A model generated the notes under the pieces. It ran no database searches. It worked only from the letters and a program-made list of their open reading frames with translations, and was not told the origin of the DNA. Made by a program: the position numbers and the translations under genes. A stretch of DNA of 64,000 nt from Candidatus Methanosuratincola verstraetei (GTDB lineage: Archaea > Thermoproteota > Methanomethylicia > Methanomethylicales > Methanomethylicaceae): positions 704,001 to 768,000 of the forward strand of contig CP186953.1 in assembly GCA_049570475.1 (NCBI GenBank), read 5' to 3'. Positions 30,007-39,068 of the stretch are shown here, one piece after another; the first letter of the stretch is position 1, and each line of letters opens with the position of its first letter.

Positions 30007-31167
30007 AGCAAGCCTCTTTGAGACCGCGATGATCGTCAGCATCGGGGGGAGGCCGAAAGGCCCTGGCAACACGCTTGCGTCCGAGACGAAAAGCCCTTCC
30101 ACCTCAGTCTCAGGATCCTCGGCTGACCTAACCGCGCTCGAGCAGGAGCCGCCGGGGTGTGCCCCCCTTGGGTGGACCTCGACGATCGTGCTTCCGTCTA
30201 CCCCCATCCTCTCCAACAGCATCTTTGCCTCCCTCCTCCCCTCCTCAAGTTTCCTCAGGTCAGAGCCGGTAGTGAGCTTAATTACCGAGTCTTCCGTCAC
30301 AACGCCAGAAGGGTCGTCGCTGATCTTCACCATAAAGCCGACGATGTCCTGCGGAGAGGCGCCGATCCCCCTGCACTTCATCAAACCCAGCAGCAAAGAG
30401 GAGTAGTGCGGGGAGATCAGGTATCCCTCCCTCTTCAAGTAGAACGGCATCCCAACCTCCCTGTTGAATCCCGCTCCCCTCTTCAGGCCGCCAACCGTCA
30501 CGAATGTGTCGACGAAGAGACCTCGACCGGCGCTTATCCCAGATCTCAACAAGATCCTCGGGGACTCTATAGCCCCCGCAGCGAGCACCACCGCACGAGA
30601 GCCAAAGGATCGCCCGCCCTCGACCTCGACGCCCTTAGCCCTCCCGTTCTCAACCAGGACGCGCCGCACGCCAGACCCTGTCATTACCCTGCATCCAGCC
30701 CGCTCAGCCTCCTCTACATACCGTAGGGAGGACCACTTTGCACCATGGGGGCACCCGTAGGCGCAGGAGCCGCATGATCTGCACTTCAAAAAGTCGATGC
30801 ACTTCGGCATCCGGACCCACTCGCCCGAGAGCGACAGCATCTCCCTCGAGGTCTTGCCCATCTTCTCTAGGGGCATCGGCACCACGCCAAGCTCCCGCTC
30901 AGCCTCCTCGAAGAATGGCTCAAGCCCCCTCGAGACGCTGCTCCTGACGGCGTTCCCCATCGTGACCACAGTAGTTCCGCCCAGGCACTCGGCGAGCCAG
31001 ATCTCAACCCCAGACCTGATCACGGAGTAGGCTTTTGACTCGCCCCCAGGCTTCATCATCCCCCCTTTCTCCAGGAGGAGGACCCGCCTTCCAGCCTCCG
31101 AGAGCGCCTTTGCTACAGTTGCTCCCCCTGCCCCCGACCCTACAACGATGAAATCAAACTCCGTCAT
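29983..31167 (-). CDS. GMC-family FAD oxidoreductase
   Basis: IVVGSGAGG, CxxCGxCxxGC, LAAGAIESPRIL, HPGGS, VSDASVLP, PMLTI. Confidence 0.9.
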   Translation of the reverse strand: MTEFDFIVVGSGAGGATVAKALSEAGRRVLLLEKGGMMKPGGESKAYSVIRSGVEIWLAECLGGTTVVTMGNAVRSSVSRGLEPFFEEAERELGVVPMPLEKMGKTSREMLSLSGEWVRMPKCIDFLKCRSCGSCAYGCPHGAKWSSLRYVEEAERAGCRVMTGSGVRRVLVENGRAKGVEVEGGRSFGSRAVVLAAGAIESPRILLRSGISAGRGLFVDTFVTVGGLKRGAGFNREVGMPFYLKREGYLISPHYSSLLLGLMKCRGIGASPQDIVGFMVKISDDPSGVVTEDSVIKLTTGSDLRKLEEGRREAKMLLERMGVDGSTIVEVHPRGAHPGGSCSSAVRSAEDPETEVEGLFVSDASVLPGPFGLPPMLTIIAVSKRLASMLLGRS

Positions 31168-32149
31168 CGCCAGGCAGCCTCACAGCCTCATCCGGCAGCT
31201 CAACGAACGGGATGGACGCCACAGCCCCGATTAGCCCTCGGCTGCCGGTCACATGGATAAGGCTTATCCCGCTGGAAGCAGCTGCTGCTTCAGCCTCCTC
31301 AACCGAGACCATCCCAACTTTCGCCCTCTTCGCGAATCCCATCGCTGGGTCCGGGATCTGCACGCCCCGGAAGTAAGCCATGCCAGTCTCCTTCGAGAAG
31401 GTGTTCAAGCGGAGGGACGAGCAAAACTCCTCCACTGCCCTATCGACGAGCCCAGTCGGGACCGCGAAGGAGACCGCGACCGCGACGCAGTTCTGGGTCT
31501 TGTGGGGGTTCTGCGGGTAGAGCTGGACTATCGAGTGCTCGAGGTAGTCCACTCCGGGGAGCCTCCTGCACAGATCGAGCGCCAGCTCGTTCACCAAGGA
31601 CCACGTGGCCCCCTCGTCCGACCTGTCGGTGTCGTCAACCCCTACGATGAGCTTCTCCTTCCTCCTAACCGTGATCGTCGCCCTTCCGACCTTCTTCCCG
31701 CCTCCCCATTCCTTCACGTCCATGTCGATGACGCCCTCAGCCAGGCACCTGCCCAGCGCAGCCACCCCTGCCCCGGCGAGGCCGGAGTATGTTATCCTGA
31801 CCAAATCGCCGTCCACCTCAACAGACTCGATTGACGCAGGATGGTAGCTTGCCTGCAGACCAGCCGGAGCCTCCGCCCCTTTGCCCGAGAGGCGCAGCTT
31901 GTAGAAGAGCCTCGGCCCCTCCCTCTTGGACCAGAAGACCCCCCTGCTGTTCCTCGTGTAGTGGTAGAGCGACCAGGCTGACCCGCCCAGGCAGACACCC
32001 CTGGCATGGTCCTCTATGATCTCCGCGACGCCAGACCTCTCATCCACGACCACGATTACCCTGGCGTGGGGGGAGATCCACCTCTTGCCGGAGAGGGCAT
32101 TCTTCAGATCTTCCAAGGTGCCGGGCATTTCGATCGACCCACAAATCAA
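31154..32149 (-). CDS. mmp11: methanogenesis marker protein 11 (TiaS kinase-like domain)
   Basis: ITYSGLAGAGV, GGGKKVG, VGVDDTD...GATW and HSIVQLYPQNPHKTQNCV motifs. Confidence 0.82.
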   Translation of the reverse strand: MICGSIEMPGTLEDLKNALSGKRWISPHARVIVVVDERSGVAEIIEDHARGVCLGGSAWSLYHYTRNSRGVFWSKREGPRLFYKLRLSGKGAEAPAGLQASYHPASIESVEVDGDLVRITYSGLAGAGVAALGRCLAEGVIDMDVKEWGGGKKVGRATITVRRKEKLIVGVDDTDRSDEGATWSLVNELALDLCRRLPGVDYLEHSIVQLYPQNPHKTQNCVAVAVSFAVPTGLVDRAVEEFCSSLRLNTFSKETGMAYFRGVQIPDPAMGFAKRAKVGMVSVEEAEAAAASSGISLIHVTGSRGLIGAVASIPFVELPDEAVRLPGDDGV

Positions 32150-32183
32150 CTGCGCTGCCTTGGAATAAAAACTTCCTATCGAT

Positions 32184-33770
32184 CTACTTCTCGGATAGCC
32201 TGGACCTGGACAGCGGGATGCCCTCGCCCCTAGGCACAGGTATCTCGATCACCAGGGGGCCGTCTGCGCCCGCTATCGCATCGACGACATCCTGCGGCGA
32301 CCTTGCCCTTATGGCACCAACGCCATGCGCCTCTGCGAGCCTCACGTAGTCAGGGGGCGAGGCGTAGTCAACGCCGATGGTCCTCCCGTATACGGACTCC
32401 TGGAGCTGCCTGATCAGCCCGAGCGTTCCGTTGTTGAAGACGCAGACCGCGACCGCTATGCCGTTCTCCCTCATCGTGGAGAGCTCAGGGGCCGCCATCT
32501 GGAACCCGCCGTCCCCCACGACTGCAATAACCCGCTTGTTGGGGAGGGCGACCTTCGCGCCCATCGCAGCCGGGATCGAGAAGCCCATCGCCGAGAGGTT
32601 CCCGGAGAAGATGATGCCCCTGGGGTGGGTGACCCGAATAGCCTGCATCGCCCAGACTGTGTGCTGGCCGATGTCCACCGCGAAGATCGCATCCCTGAAC
32701 CCGGCGATCGCCTTGGCGTACCCCTTTGCCACCCCATCAGTATCGGCAGGGGCGGCTTCGCCTGGCGACCAAAACTGGCGCGAAAGATACTTCACCCTCG
32801 GCAGCAGCGCATCAACAAAGGCGCCGACATCCGATCTCACCCTTGAAGTGGCGATCGGGGAGAAGTTCCTCGGCTCTATGTCGACCTGGATCACTGGGCA
32901 CCTCGGCTTCTGGCCGACGATAGTCATGTTCGTGAGCCTGCAGCCGAGCGAGATCAGCAGATCGCACCTATCGAGCGCCCTGTTGGCAACCTCGATCCCC
33001 CTCCTGCCGACCGGGCCCAGGGCTTGCGGCGCGTCCTCCGGCACAGCCCCCCTCCCCATGTAGGAGGAGACGACTGGGGCGCCTATCGCAGACGAGAGAG
33101 CCAGGATCCCTTCTCCGCAGCCAGAGAGCGCCGCGCCCCTCCCGACCAGGATCAGCGGCGCCCTTGATCTCGAGATCTCGTCCAAGACCGAGGATATATC
33201 AGCCGGGTCGGGCTCGCATCTCGATATGGCGGGCAGATACCCCTTCTCCGAGGAGGGCATCCTCTGGACGTCTCCAGGCAGCGCGATGTGGACAGGACCA
33301 GGGCACCCCTCCATGGCAGTTCGGTACGCCTCAGCGACGAGGTCGTGAGCAGCCGCAGGGTCCCCGATGAGCACGGACGACTTGGTAACGGGCCGGAAGA
33401 TCGCCTGGAGATCGATGTCCTCGACCCAGCCCCGCCCAATCTCATCCCTGGGGACGTGCCCGGTGACGACCATCACCGGCGAGTGGTCCTTGTAGGGGGC
33501 GGCAGTCCCGGCTGCGGCGTTCACTGCGCCAGGGCCCGCTGTCGCGATGCAGAGACCGAATCCCCCGGATGCCCTTGCGTACCCGTCGGCAGCATAGGCG
33601 GCATTCTGCTCGTGGCGGACCAGGATGTGCCTTATCCCAGACTCGAGCAGTGCGTCATAGAGGGGAAGAGACCACATCCCGGGCATGCCGAAAGCCGCGC
33701 GCGCCCCAAACCTCTCTAGGGCGCTCACGACCACCTGGGATGTGTTCAGGCCCCTCCCCAAACCCATCAC
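32184..33770 (-). CDS. ThDP-dependent enzyme (AHAS/decarboxylase superfamily, non-canonical)
   Basis: [28 protein letters not shown]...NN. Confidence 0.9.
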   Translation of the reverse strand: MMGLGRGLNTSQVVVSALERFGARAAFGMPGMWSLPLYDALLESGIRHILVRHEQNAAYAADGYARASGGFGLCIATAGPGAVNAAAGTAAPYKDHSPVMVVTGHVPRDEIGRGWVEDIDLQAIFRPVTKSSVLIGDPAAAHDLVAEAYRTAMEGCPGPVHIALPGDVQRMPSSEKGYLPAISRCEPDPADISSVLDEISRSRAPLILVGRGAALSGCGEGILALSSAIGAPVVSSYMGRGAVPEDAPQALGPVGRRGIEVANRALDRCDLLISLGCRLTNMTIVGQKPRCPVIQVDIEPRNFSPIATSRVRSDVGAFVDALLPRVKYLSRQFWSPGEAAPADTDGVAKGYAKAIAGFRDAIFAVDIGQHTVWAMQAIRVTHPRGIIFSGNLSAMGFSIPAAMGAKVALPNKRVIAVVGDGGFQMAAPELSTMRENGIAVAVCVFNNGTLGLIRQLQESVYGRTIGVDYASPPDYVRLAEAHGVGAIRARSPQDVVDAIAGADGPLVIEIPVPRGEGIPLSRSRLSEK

Positions 33771-34261
33771 TTCTGCTCCCGCTTTACTTGCGCTTTGTAG
33801 TACTCAACGAGCCCGCCGCTCTTCAGTATCTCCTGCAGGAACGGGGGCAGCGGCGTGGACTTGGCCTCGCCTTTCGGGGTCTTCACGATCCCCCTGTCGA
33901 GGTCTATCTCTATCACGTCCCCCTCCTCGACCATCCCGCTGATCCCCTTCGCCTCGACGAGCGGAAGGCCGTTGTTTATCGCGTTCCTGAAGAAGATCCT
34001 TGCGAAGCTTTCTGCCACGACAGCCGCCACGCCAGCCCACTTTATCGCGAGCGCAGCCTGCTCCCGGCTGGAGCCGCACCCGAAGTTCTTACCAGCCACG
34101 ATTATATCCCCTGGCTTGACCTTGGAGCTGAACCCAGGGTCGACCCCCTCCAGCACGTGCTTCGGCCAGACGGACTGGTCGACTGATCTGAGGTACTTGG
34201 CAGGGATTATCACATCGGTGTCGATGTCGTCTCCGAACTTCCAAACCCTTCCCCTGATCAT
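33767..34261 (-). CDS. aksE: homoaconitase small subunit
   Basis: [20 protein letters not shown]; YLRS loop is of the homoaconitase YLRT type. Confidence 0.78.
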   Translation of the reverse strand: MIRGRVWKFGDDIDTDVIIPAKYLRSVDQSVWPKHVLEGVDPGFSSKVKPGDIIVAGKNFGCGSSREQAALAIKWAGVAAVVAESFARIFFRNAINNGLPLVEAKGISGMVEEGDVIEIDLDRGIVKTPKGEAKSTPLPPFLQEILKSGGLVEYYKAQVKREQK

Positions 34262-35508
34262 CTAAGGAACCTCCTTGGGTCGGTGATCTTTCCCTCCACC
34301 GCGGACGCGGCCACGGTTTGCGGCGAAGCCAGGTAGACCGAAGAGCTCCTAGCGCCCATCCTGCCTATGAAGTTCCTGTTCGATGTTGAGACGGCGACCT
34401 CGTTCTCACCGATGACCCCCATGTGGACGCCCAGGCACGGGCCGCAGCCGGTGACGCCTATCATCGCCCCCGCCTCAAGGAAGATGTCGAGGAGACCATC
34501 CCTCTGCGCCTTCATGTGGACCTCCTTGGACGCAGGGACGACTATCATCCGAGTGTCCTGGTGGACCCTCCTTCCCCTGAGTATCCTGGCTGCCTCGTAG
34601 AGGTCCTCGTACCTCCCGTTTGTGCATGATCCCAAGAAAGCCTGGTCGACATGTGCGCCCTCGACCTCCCTCACGGGCTTGACGTTGGCGACGCTGCCCG
34701 GGCAAGCCACGCAGGGCTCCAGCGACCCGGCATCGACCTCTACCAGTTCATGGAATGCGCCCGAGTCTGAGCTGAACCGCTTCCCATCCCTCCCGAGGAA
34801 GGCAACGGTCTTCTCGTCAGCCTCTATGAAGCCGGTCTTCGCCCCCATCTCGACCGCCATGTTGGACATGGTCATCCTGGAGGACTGGGACATTGCCCGC
34901 ACTGCCTCACCCGCGAACTCGAGCGCCTTGTAAGTCGCGCCGTCGGTCCCGATGACCCGCGTGATCTCAAGGATGAGATCCTTTGAGGAGACTGCCTCGC
35001 GGAGGGTGCCCCTGCACTCGACCCTGATCGTCTCAGGCACCTTCATCCAGGTCTTCCCGGTCGCGAGTATGAATGCCAGATCGGTTGCCCCCACCCCTGT
35101 GGAGAAGAGGGCGAAGCTACCGAGCGTGCAGGTGTGCGAGTCAGCCCCGAAGACGACCATCCCAGGCGCCACGTACCCCTTCTCTGGCACGACCTCATGG
35201 CATATTCCCTCCCCCATGTCGTGGAACTTCTTAAGCCCCTGCTCCCTTGCGAACTTCCTCACCCTGGCTTGGAGGGTTGCCGCCTGGTCGCTGTATGGCG
35301 GGACTGAGTGGTCGAAGACGATGCTGAAGCTGTCAGGGTCCCTTATCCTTTCGACGCCCATCCGCTTGAGCGCGTCTATGACCAGGACGCCTGTGCCGTC
35401 GTGGCAGTAGGCGAAGTCGACGGGGCATTCAACGAACTCGCCCGCTGAGACCCTCCTGCCGACCTTGTCGGATATGATCTTCTCTACCGCTGTGCTTGCC
35501 ATAGCCAT
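34258..35508 (-). CDS. aksD: homoaconitase large subunit
   Basis: [39 protein letters not shown]. Confidence 0.78.
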   Translation of the reverse strand: MAMASTAVEKIISDKVGRRVSAGEFVECPVDFAYCHDGTGVLVIDALKRMGVERIRDPDSFSIVFDHSVPPYSDQAATLQARVRKFAREQGLKKFHDMGEGICHEVVPEKGYVAPGMVVFGADSHTCTLGSFALFSTGVGATDLAFILATGKTWMKVPETIRVECRGTLREAVSSKDLILEITRVIGTDGATYKALEFAGEAVRAMSQSSRMTMSNMAVEMGAKTGFIEADEKTVAFLGRDGKRFSSDSGAFHELVEVDAGSLEPCVACPGSVANVKPVREVEGAHVDQAFLGSCTNGRYEDLYEAARILRGRRVHQDTRMIVVPASKEVHMKAQRDGLLDIFLEAGAMIGVTGCGPCLGVHMGVIGENEVAVSTSNRNFIGRMGARSSSVYLASPQTVAASAVEGKITDPRRFLR

Positions 35509-35584
35509 AATCACAATCCTTGCCTTCTTATCACCAATCGAATATTTTTATTTGTTTATCAGACGATGGATTAGAAAACGATCA

Positions 35585-36112
35585 TCAGGGGAACAATTTC
35601 AGCCGCAGCTTTGTCAGGTCCTCTTTTATCTCGAACCGCCTATCCATGCCCCTCAGTATCTCCTCGAGGAATGTCCTTATGAAGCGCTTGATTTCAGGGG
35701 ATCCGAAGACCAAAACGTAGCCCTCCTGACCCATGGACATCCTGAAGAAGTTGCAAGCCTCGAGACGCACGAGTATCTGGTCGATGCCCATCCCGCGGAA
35801 TTGCTCGGCGTGGTTAGCCGCGACTGCCTTGTGCGACTCAGGCCATTTGGTGGGGGATTCCGATCCTTCGGCGATCTTCAGCAAAACCAACAGGTGGTCA
35901 AGGTCCAGAACGACATGCTCGCCGCTTTGGAGCATCTCCCAGTATACCTTAAGGCGATCGAGGTCCTTCCGCTCCAGGTTTCTGAATTCGTAATAAAGGC
36001 GCAGGGCCCGCCTTATCACATTGCTTTGGGACTCGCCGCCTGAGGTCAATTCTTGGAAGATCCGTTCGGACTCGGGGTCGAGCGCAATGCTTGTGCGTTT
36101 GGGCACGCTCAT
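35585..36112 (-). CDS. ribbon-helix-helix (CopG) regulator with a C-terminal ligand-binding-like domain
   Basis: RTSIALD...SQSNVIRRAL; divergent from amtB. Confidence 0.75.
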   Translation of the reverse strand: MSVPKRTSIALDPESERIFQELTSGGESQSNVIRRALRLYYEFRNLERKDLDRLKVYWEMLQSGEHVVLDLDHLLVLLKIAEGSESPTKWPESHKAVAANHAEQFRGMGIDQILVRLEACNFFRMSMGQEGYVLVFGSPEIKRFIRTFLEEILRGMDRRFEIKEDLTKLRLKLFP

Positions 36113-36261
36113 ACCAAAAAGAGATGGGCGGGTCAGATAAATATTTTATTGCATTTTCATAAAAAATATGAAATTTTATTACCGTAACTAGTGTTTTAAT
36201 AAATAATTTTTTATACCATTCCTAGAACTATTGCTATTTTGTACAAGAAGAGGAGTCGGAT

Positions 36262-37590
36262 ATGAACATAGTGTATGCCAATTCGGCACAGATTTACTCG
36301 AGCGTTCAGAGTGGGGCGCTTTCGGCCACGTACGGCATAGAGAATGCCATAGACACGACATGGATACTTGTTGCCGCATTTCTCGTCTTCTTCATGAATC
36401 TCGGCTTCGCGATGCTGGAGAGCGGCATGCAAAGGGCCAAGAACACCAGCAACATATGCATGAAGAACTTGGTGACGCCCGCCATCGGAGGGTTGGCATT
36501 CTTCATTGTTGGGTTCAGCCTCGCATTCGGGGCGGACATCCTTGGGTTCCTGGGAAACCCGACCGATCTGGCAATGCTTGGGCATCTGAGCGCGTTAGAC
36601 ATATGGCCAAACACGAATGTCACATCTTATGCGTACTTCCTGTTCCAAATCATGTTCGCAGCAACTGCGGCTACAATAGTCTCGGGCGCGGTTGGCGAGA
36701 GGATAAAGTTCATCGGTTACATAATCTTCACAGTGGCGATACTCACAATCACATACCCGCTCGTGGCGCACTGGGTTTGGGGCGGGGGGTGGCTCGCGCG
36801 CATCGGGATGATAGACTTTGCGGGATCCGCGGTGGTCCACCTCACCGGGGGTGCGGCCGCACTCGCAGGTGCCATTGTGCTGGGCCCCAGGATCGGCAAG
36901 TACGCTGACGGCAAGGTCAACCTTATACCAGGACACAACATCTCACTCTCCACAATCGGGGTGCTGGTGCTCTGGTTCGGGTGGTTTGGGTTCAACCCAG
37001 GGAGCACTGCGGCTGCAACGGTTCCGAGCATCGCTACCATAGCAATAACTACTAATATCGCAGCAGCAGCCGGCGCCCTGGCGGCAATGGTTACTGCTTG
37101 GGTCCACATCGGGAAGCCCGACATCGGCATGACCATAAACGGGCTCCTTGCGGGTCTTGTTGCAATAACCGCAGGGTGCGCCAGCGTGAGCCCCGGGGCT
37201 GCAATGGCAATCGGCGGCATAGCCGGGATCCTCGTCGTATTCTCAGTCGAGTTCATCGACAAGATCCTGAAGGTCGACGACCCAGTGGGAGCGGTATCGG
37301 TTCATGGAGTTGGCGGAGCTTTCGGAGCGCTGGCGGTCGGCCTCTTCGCCGACAGCTCATTCTCGGGCGGTGTGAGCGGGCTCCTGTTAGGCGGAGGGGC
37401 TTCACAGCTGGCTATCCAATTGGCAGGGGTCGGTGCGATATTTGCATTTGCTTTCAGCACGTCTTACCTCGCTTTCAAAGCCATTGACTATGCAATAGGA
37501 TTGAGGGTCAGCGAGGAGGAGGAGACGATCGGTTTGGACATCTCTGAGCACGGCATGAGCGCATATCCGGACTTTGAAGTTCCGTCATGA
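36262..37590 (+). CDS. amtB: ammonium transporter
   Basis: GFAMLESG, FQIMFA, HWVWGGG, DFAGSAVVH, WFGWFGFN, DDPVGAVSVHG. Confidence 0.97.
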   Translation: MNIVYANSAQIYSSVQSGALSATYGIENAIDTTWILVAAFLVFFMNLGFAMLESGMQRAKNTSNICMKNLVTPAIGGLAFFIVGFSLAFGADILGFLGNPTDLAMLGHLSALDIWPNTNVTSYAYFLFQIMFAATAATIVSGAVGERIKFIGYIIFTVAILTITYPLVAHWVWGGGWLARIGMIDFAGSAVVHLTGGAAALAGAIVLGPRIGKYADGKVNLIPGHNISLSTIGVLVLWFGWFGFNPGSTAAATVPSIATIAITTNIAAAAGALAAMVTAWVHIGKPDIGMTINGLLAGLVAITAGCASVSPGAAMAIGGIAGILVVFSVEFIDKILKVDDPVGAVSVHGVGGAFGALAVGLFADSSFSGGVSGLLLGGGASQLAIQLAGVGAIFAFAFSTSYLAFKAIDYAIGLRVSEEEETIGLDISEHGMSAYPDFEVPS

Positions 37591-37601
37591 GGCGACATGG
37601 C

Positions 37602-38030
37602 ATGAAACTGGTGATAGCATACATAAAGCCTGAAAAACTCGAGGACGTAAAGAGGGAGCTGGACTCCAGAGAAGTATTCAGGATGAGCGTGACCAAGGCA
37701 AAGGGGTGCGGGGAGACAAAGGGATACGTCGAGAGCTACAGGGGGGTGAAGAAAGACGTCTACCTCTTGCCGAAGCTACGGCTTGAGATTGCGGTCAACG
37801 ACGACTTCGTGGAGACTGTCGTCGAGGGGATAATCAAAGCAGCGAGAACCGGCAAGATAGGGGACGGCAAGATATTCATCCTCCCCCTGGAGGAGTGCGT
37901 CAGGATAAGGACGGGCGAACGTGGGCCCGATGCGGTGGGAGGTTGGAGCAGGTACTCAAGCAAGCATGCACCGAACCAACGCACCTGGAGACCCGAGGAA
38001 CAAAAACCCAAAGAGGCGGGCGCTTCTTGA
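37602..38030 (+). CDS. glnK: P-II nitrogen regulatory protein
   Basis: MKLVIAYIKPEKL, T-loop, TGKIGDGKIF, RIRTGERG. Confidence 0.95.
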   Translation: MKLVIAYIKPEKLEDVKRELDSREVFRMSVTKAKGCGETKGYVESYRGVKKDVYLLPKLRLEIAVNDDFVETVVEGIIKAARTGKIGDGKIFILPLEECVRIRTGERGPDAVGGWSRYSSKHAPNQRTWRPEEQKPKEAGAS

Positions 38031-38156
38031 ACGTGCATTATTCCTCTAATAATTTCTATTTTTTTAGCGAAAAACTTACTGTACTTAAGAAAAGGTTTAT
38101 ATTTTTAAACCTCTTAATGTAGAGCCTTACCGTTTTCCAAACAAGGGGTATAGATC

Positions 38157-39068
38157 ATGTGCGGAATAGCAGGCGTGTTGCTTAACGGGAGGGGGGATGT
38201 AGGGCACCTCCTAACACTGATGCTAGGGGGGCTTCAGCACAGGGGGCTCGACTCTGCAGGTGTCGCCCTCTACCGGAGCGAAGAGCTGCCAGGCGACGAG
38301 TTCATGATAAGGGTCTTCACGAAGGATGTGATAGGCGCGCTGAGCAAGATCTCATCAGCAATAGCCAGAGCCGGCGGCGACATCAGGAACATAAAGCTCA
38401 ATTCCATAAGGGGGTACAGCTTCGACCTGTACACGGTCAAGGCTCAGGAGAAAGACTTGCCCCAGATGGTCAAGAACATAAATGAAACTGAGCTCTCGAA
38501 GGTACTTAGCATAGGCAGGAAGATGGACATAATAAAGGATACAGTCTCAGTAGAGGAGCTGGACAGGAACTTTGATGTAAGTAGCTTCGTAGGCAGCCAT
38601 GGCATCGGGCATGTGAGGTTCTCAACCGAGAGCTGCGTCGACCTTTTCCACGCCCACCCCTTCCAGTCTTTCGACCACATAGATGTGGCCTTGGTCCACA
38701 ACGGGCAGATAACGAATTACTGGAAGACCAGGGAGAAGCTCGAGCAGAAGGGGGTCAAATTCCAAACCGAGAACGACTCGGAGCTCATAGTGCACTACAT
38801 AATTGACAGGCTTAAGGCCGGTGACTCGCTCTACGATGCGCTGAAGGCATCTGTTGAAGAACTGGACGGTCCATTCTCCTACATATTCTCGACAGAGAAG
38901 GAGCTTGGAATGGTAAGGGACAAGCTTGGGTTGAGACCAATGGTCATTCTTGATGCGGAGGAGATGAAGGCGGTCGCCTCGGAGGAGAATGCATTGCGCA
39001 TCTTGAACAGGAAAGGGATAATCAGAAACGTTAGACCGGGGGAGGTAATTTGCTGGAAAATAGCCTGA
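38157..39068 (+). CDS. class II (Ntn) glutamine amidotransferase subunit of archaeal glutamate synthase
   Basis: MCGIAG, QHRGLDSAG, GHVRFST, HPF, HNGQITN, DSE. Confidence 0.9.
   Translation: MCGIAGVLLNGRGDVGHLLTLMLGGLQHRGLDSAGVALYRSEELPGDEFMIRVFTKDVIGALSKISSAIARAGGDIRNIKLNSIRGYSFDLYTVKAQEKDLPQMVKNINETELSKVLSIGRKMDIIKDTVSVEELDRNFDVSSFVGSHGIGHVRFSTESCVDLFHAHPFQSFDHIDVALVHNGQITNYWKTREKLEQKGVKFQTENDSELIVHYIIDRLKAGDSLYDALKASVEELDGPFSYIFSTEKELGMVRDKLGLRPMVILDAEEMKAVASEENALRILNRKGIIRNVRPGEVICWKIA

Noticed and set aside
31154-32149. TiaS (tRNA-Ile2 agmatinyltransferase)
   Set aside because: The DDTD domain is C-terminal, the OB and Zn-ribbon domains are missing, and the N-terminal half matches Mmp11
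33767-35508. leuC/leuD annotation
   Set aside because: The YLRS loop and the AksA-type synthase nearby favour homoaconitase; a lysine AAA role is not fully excluded
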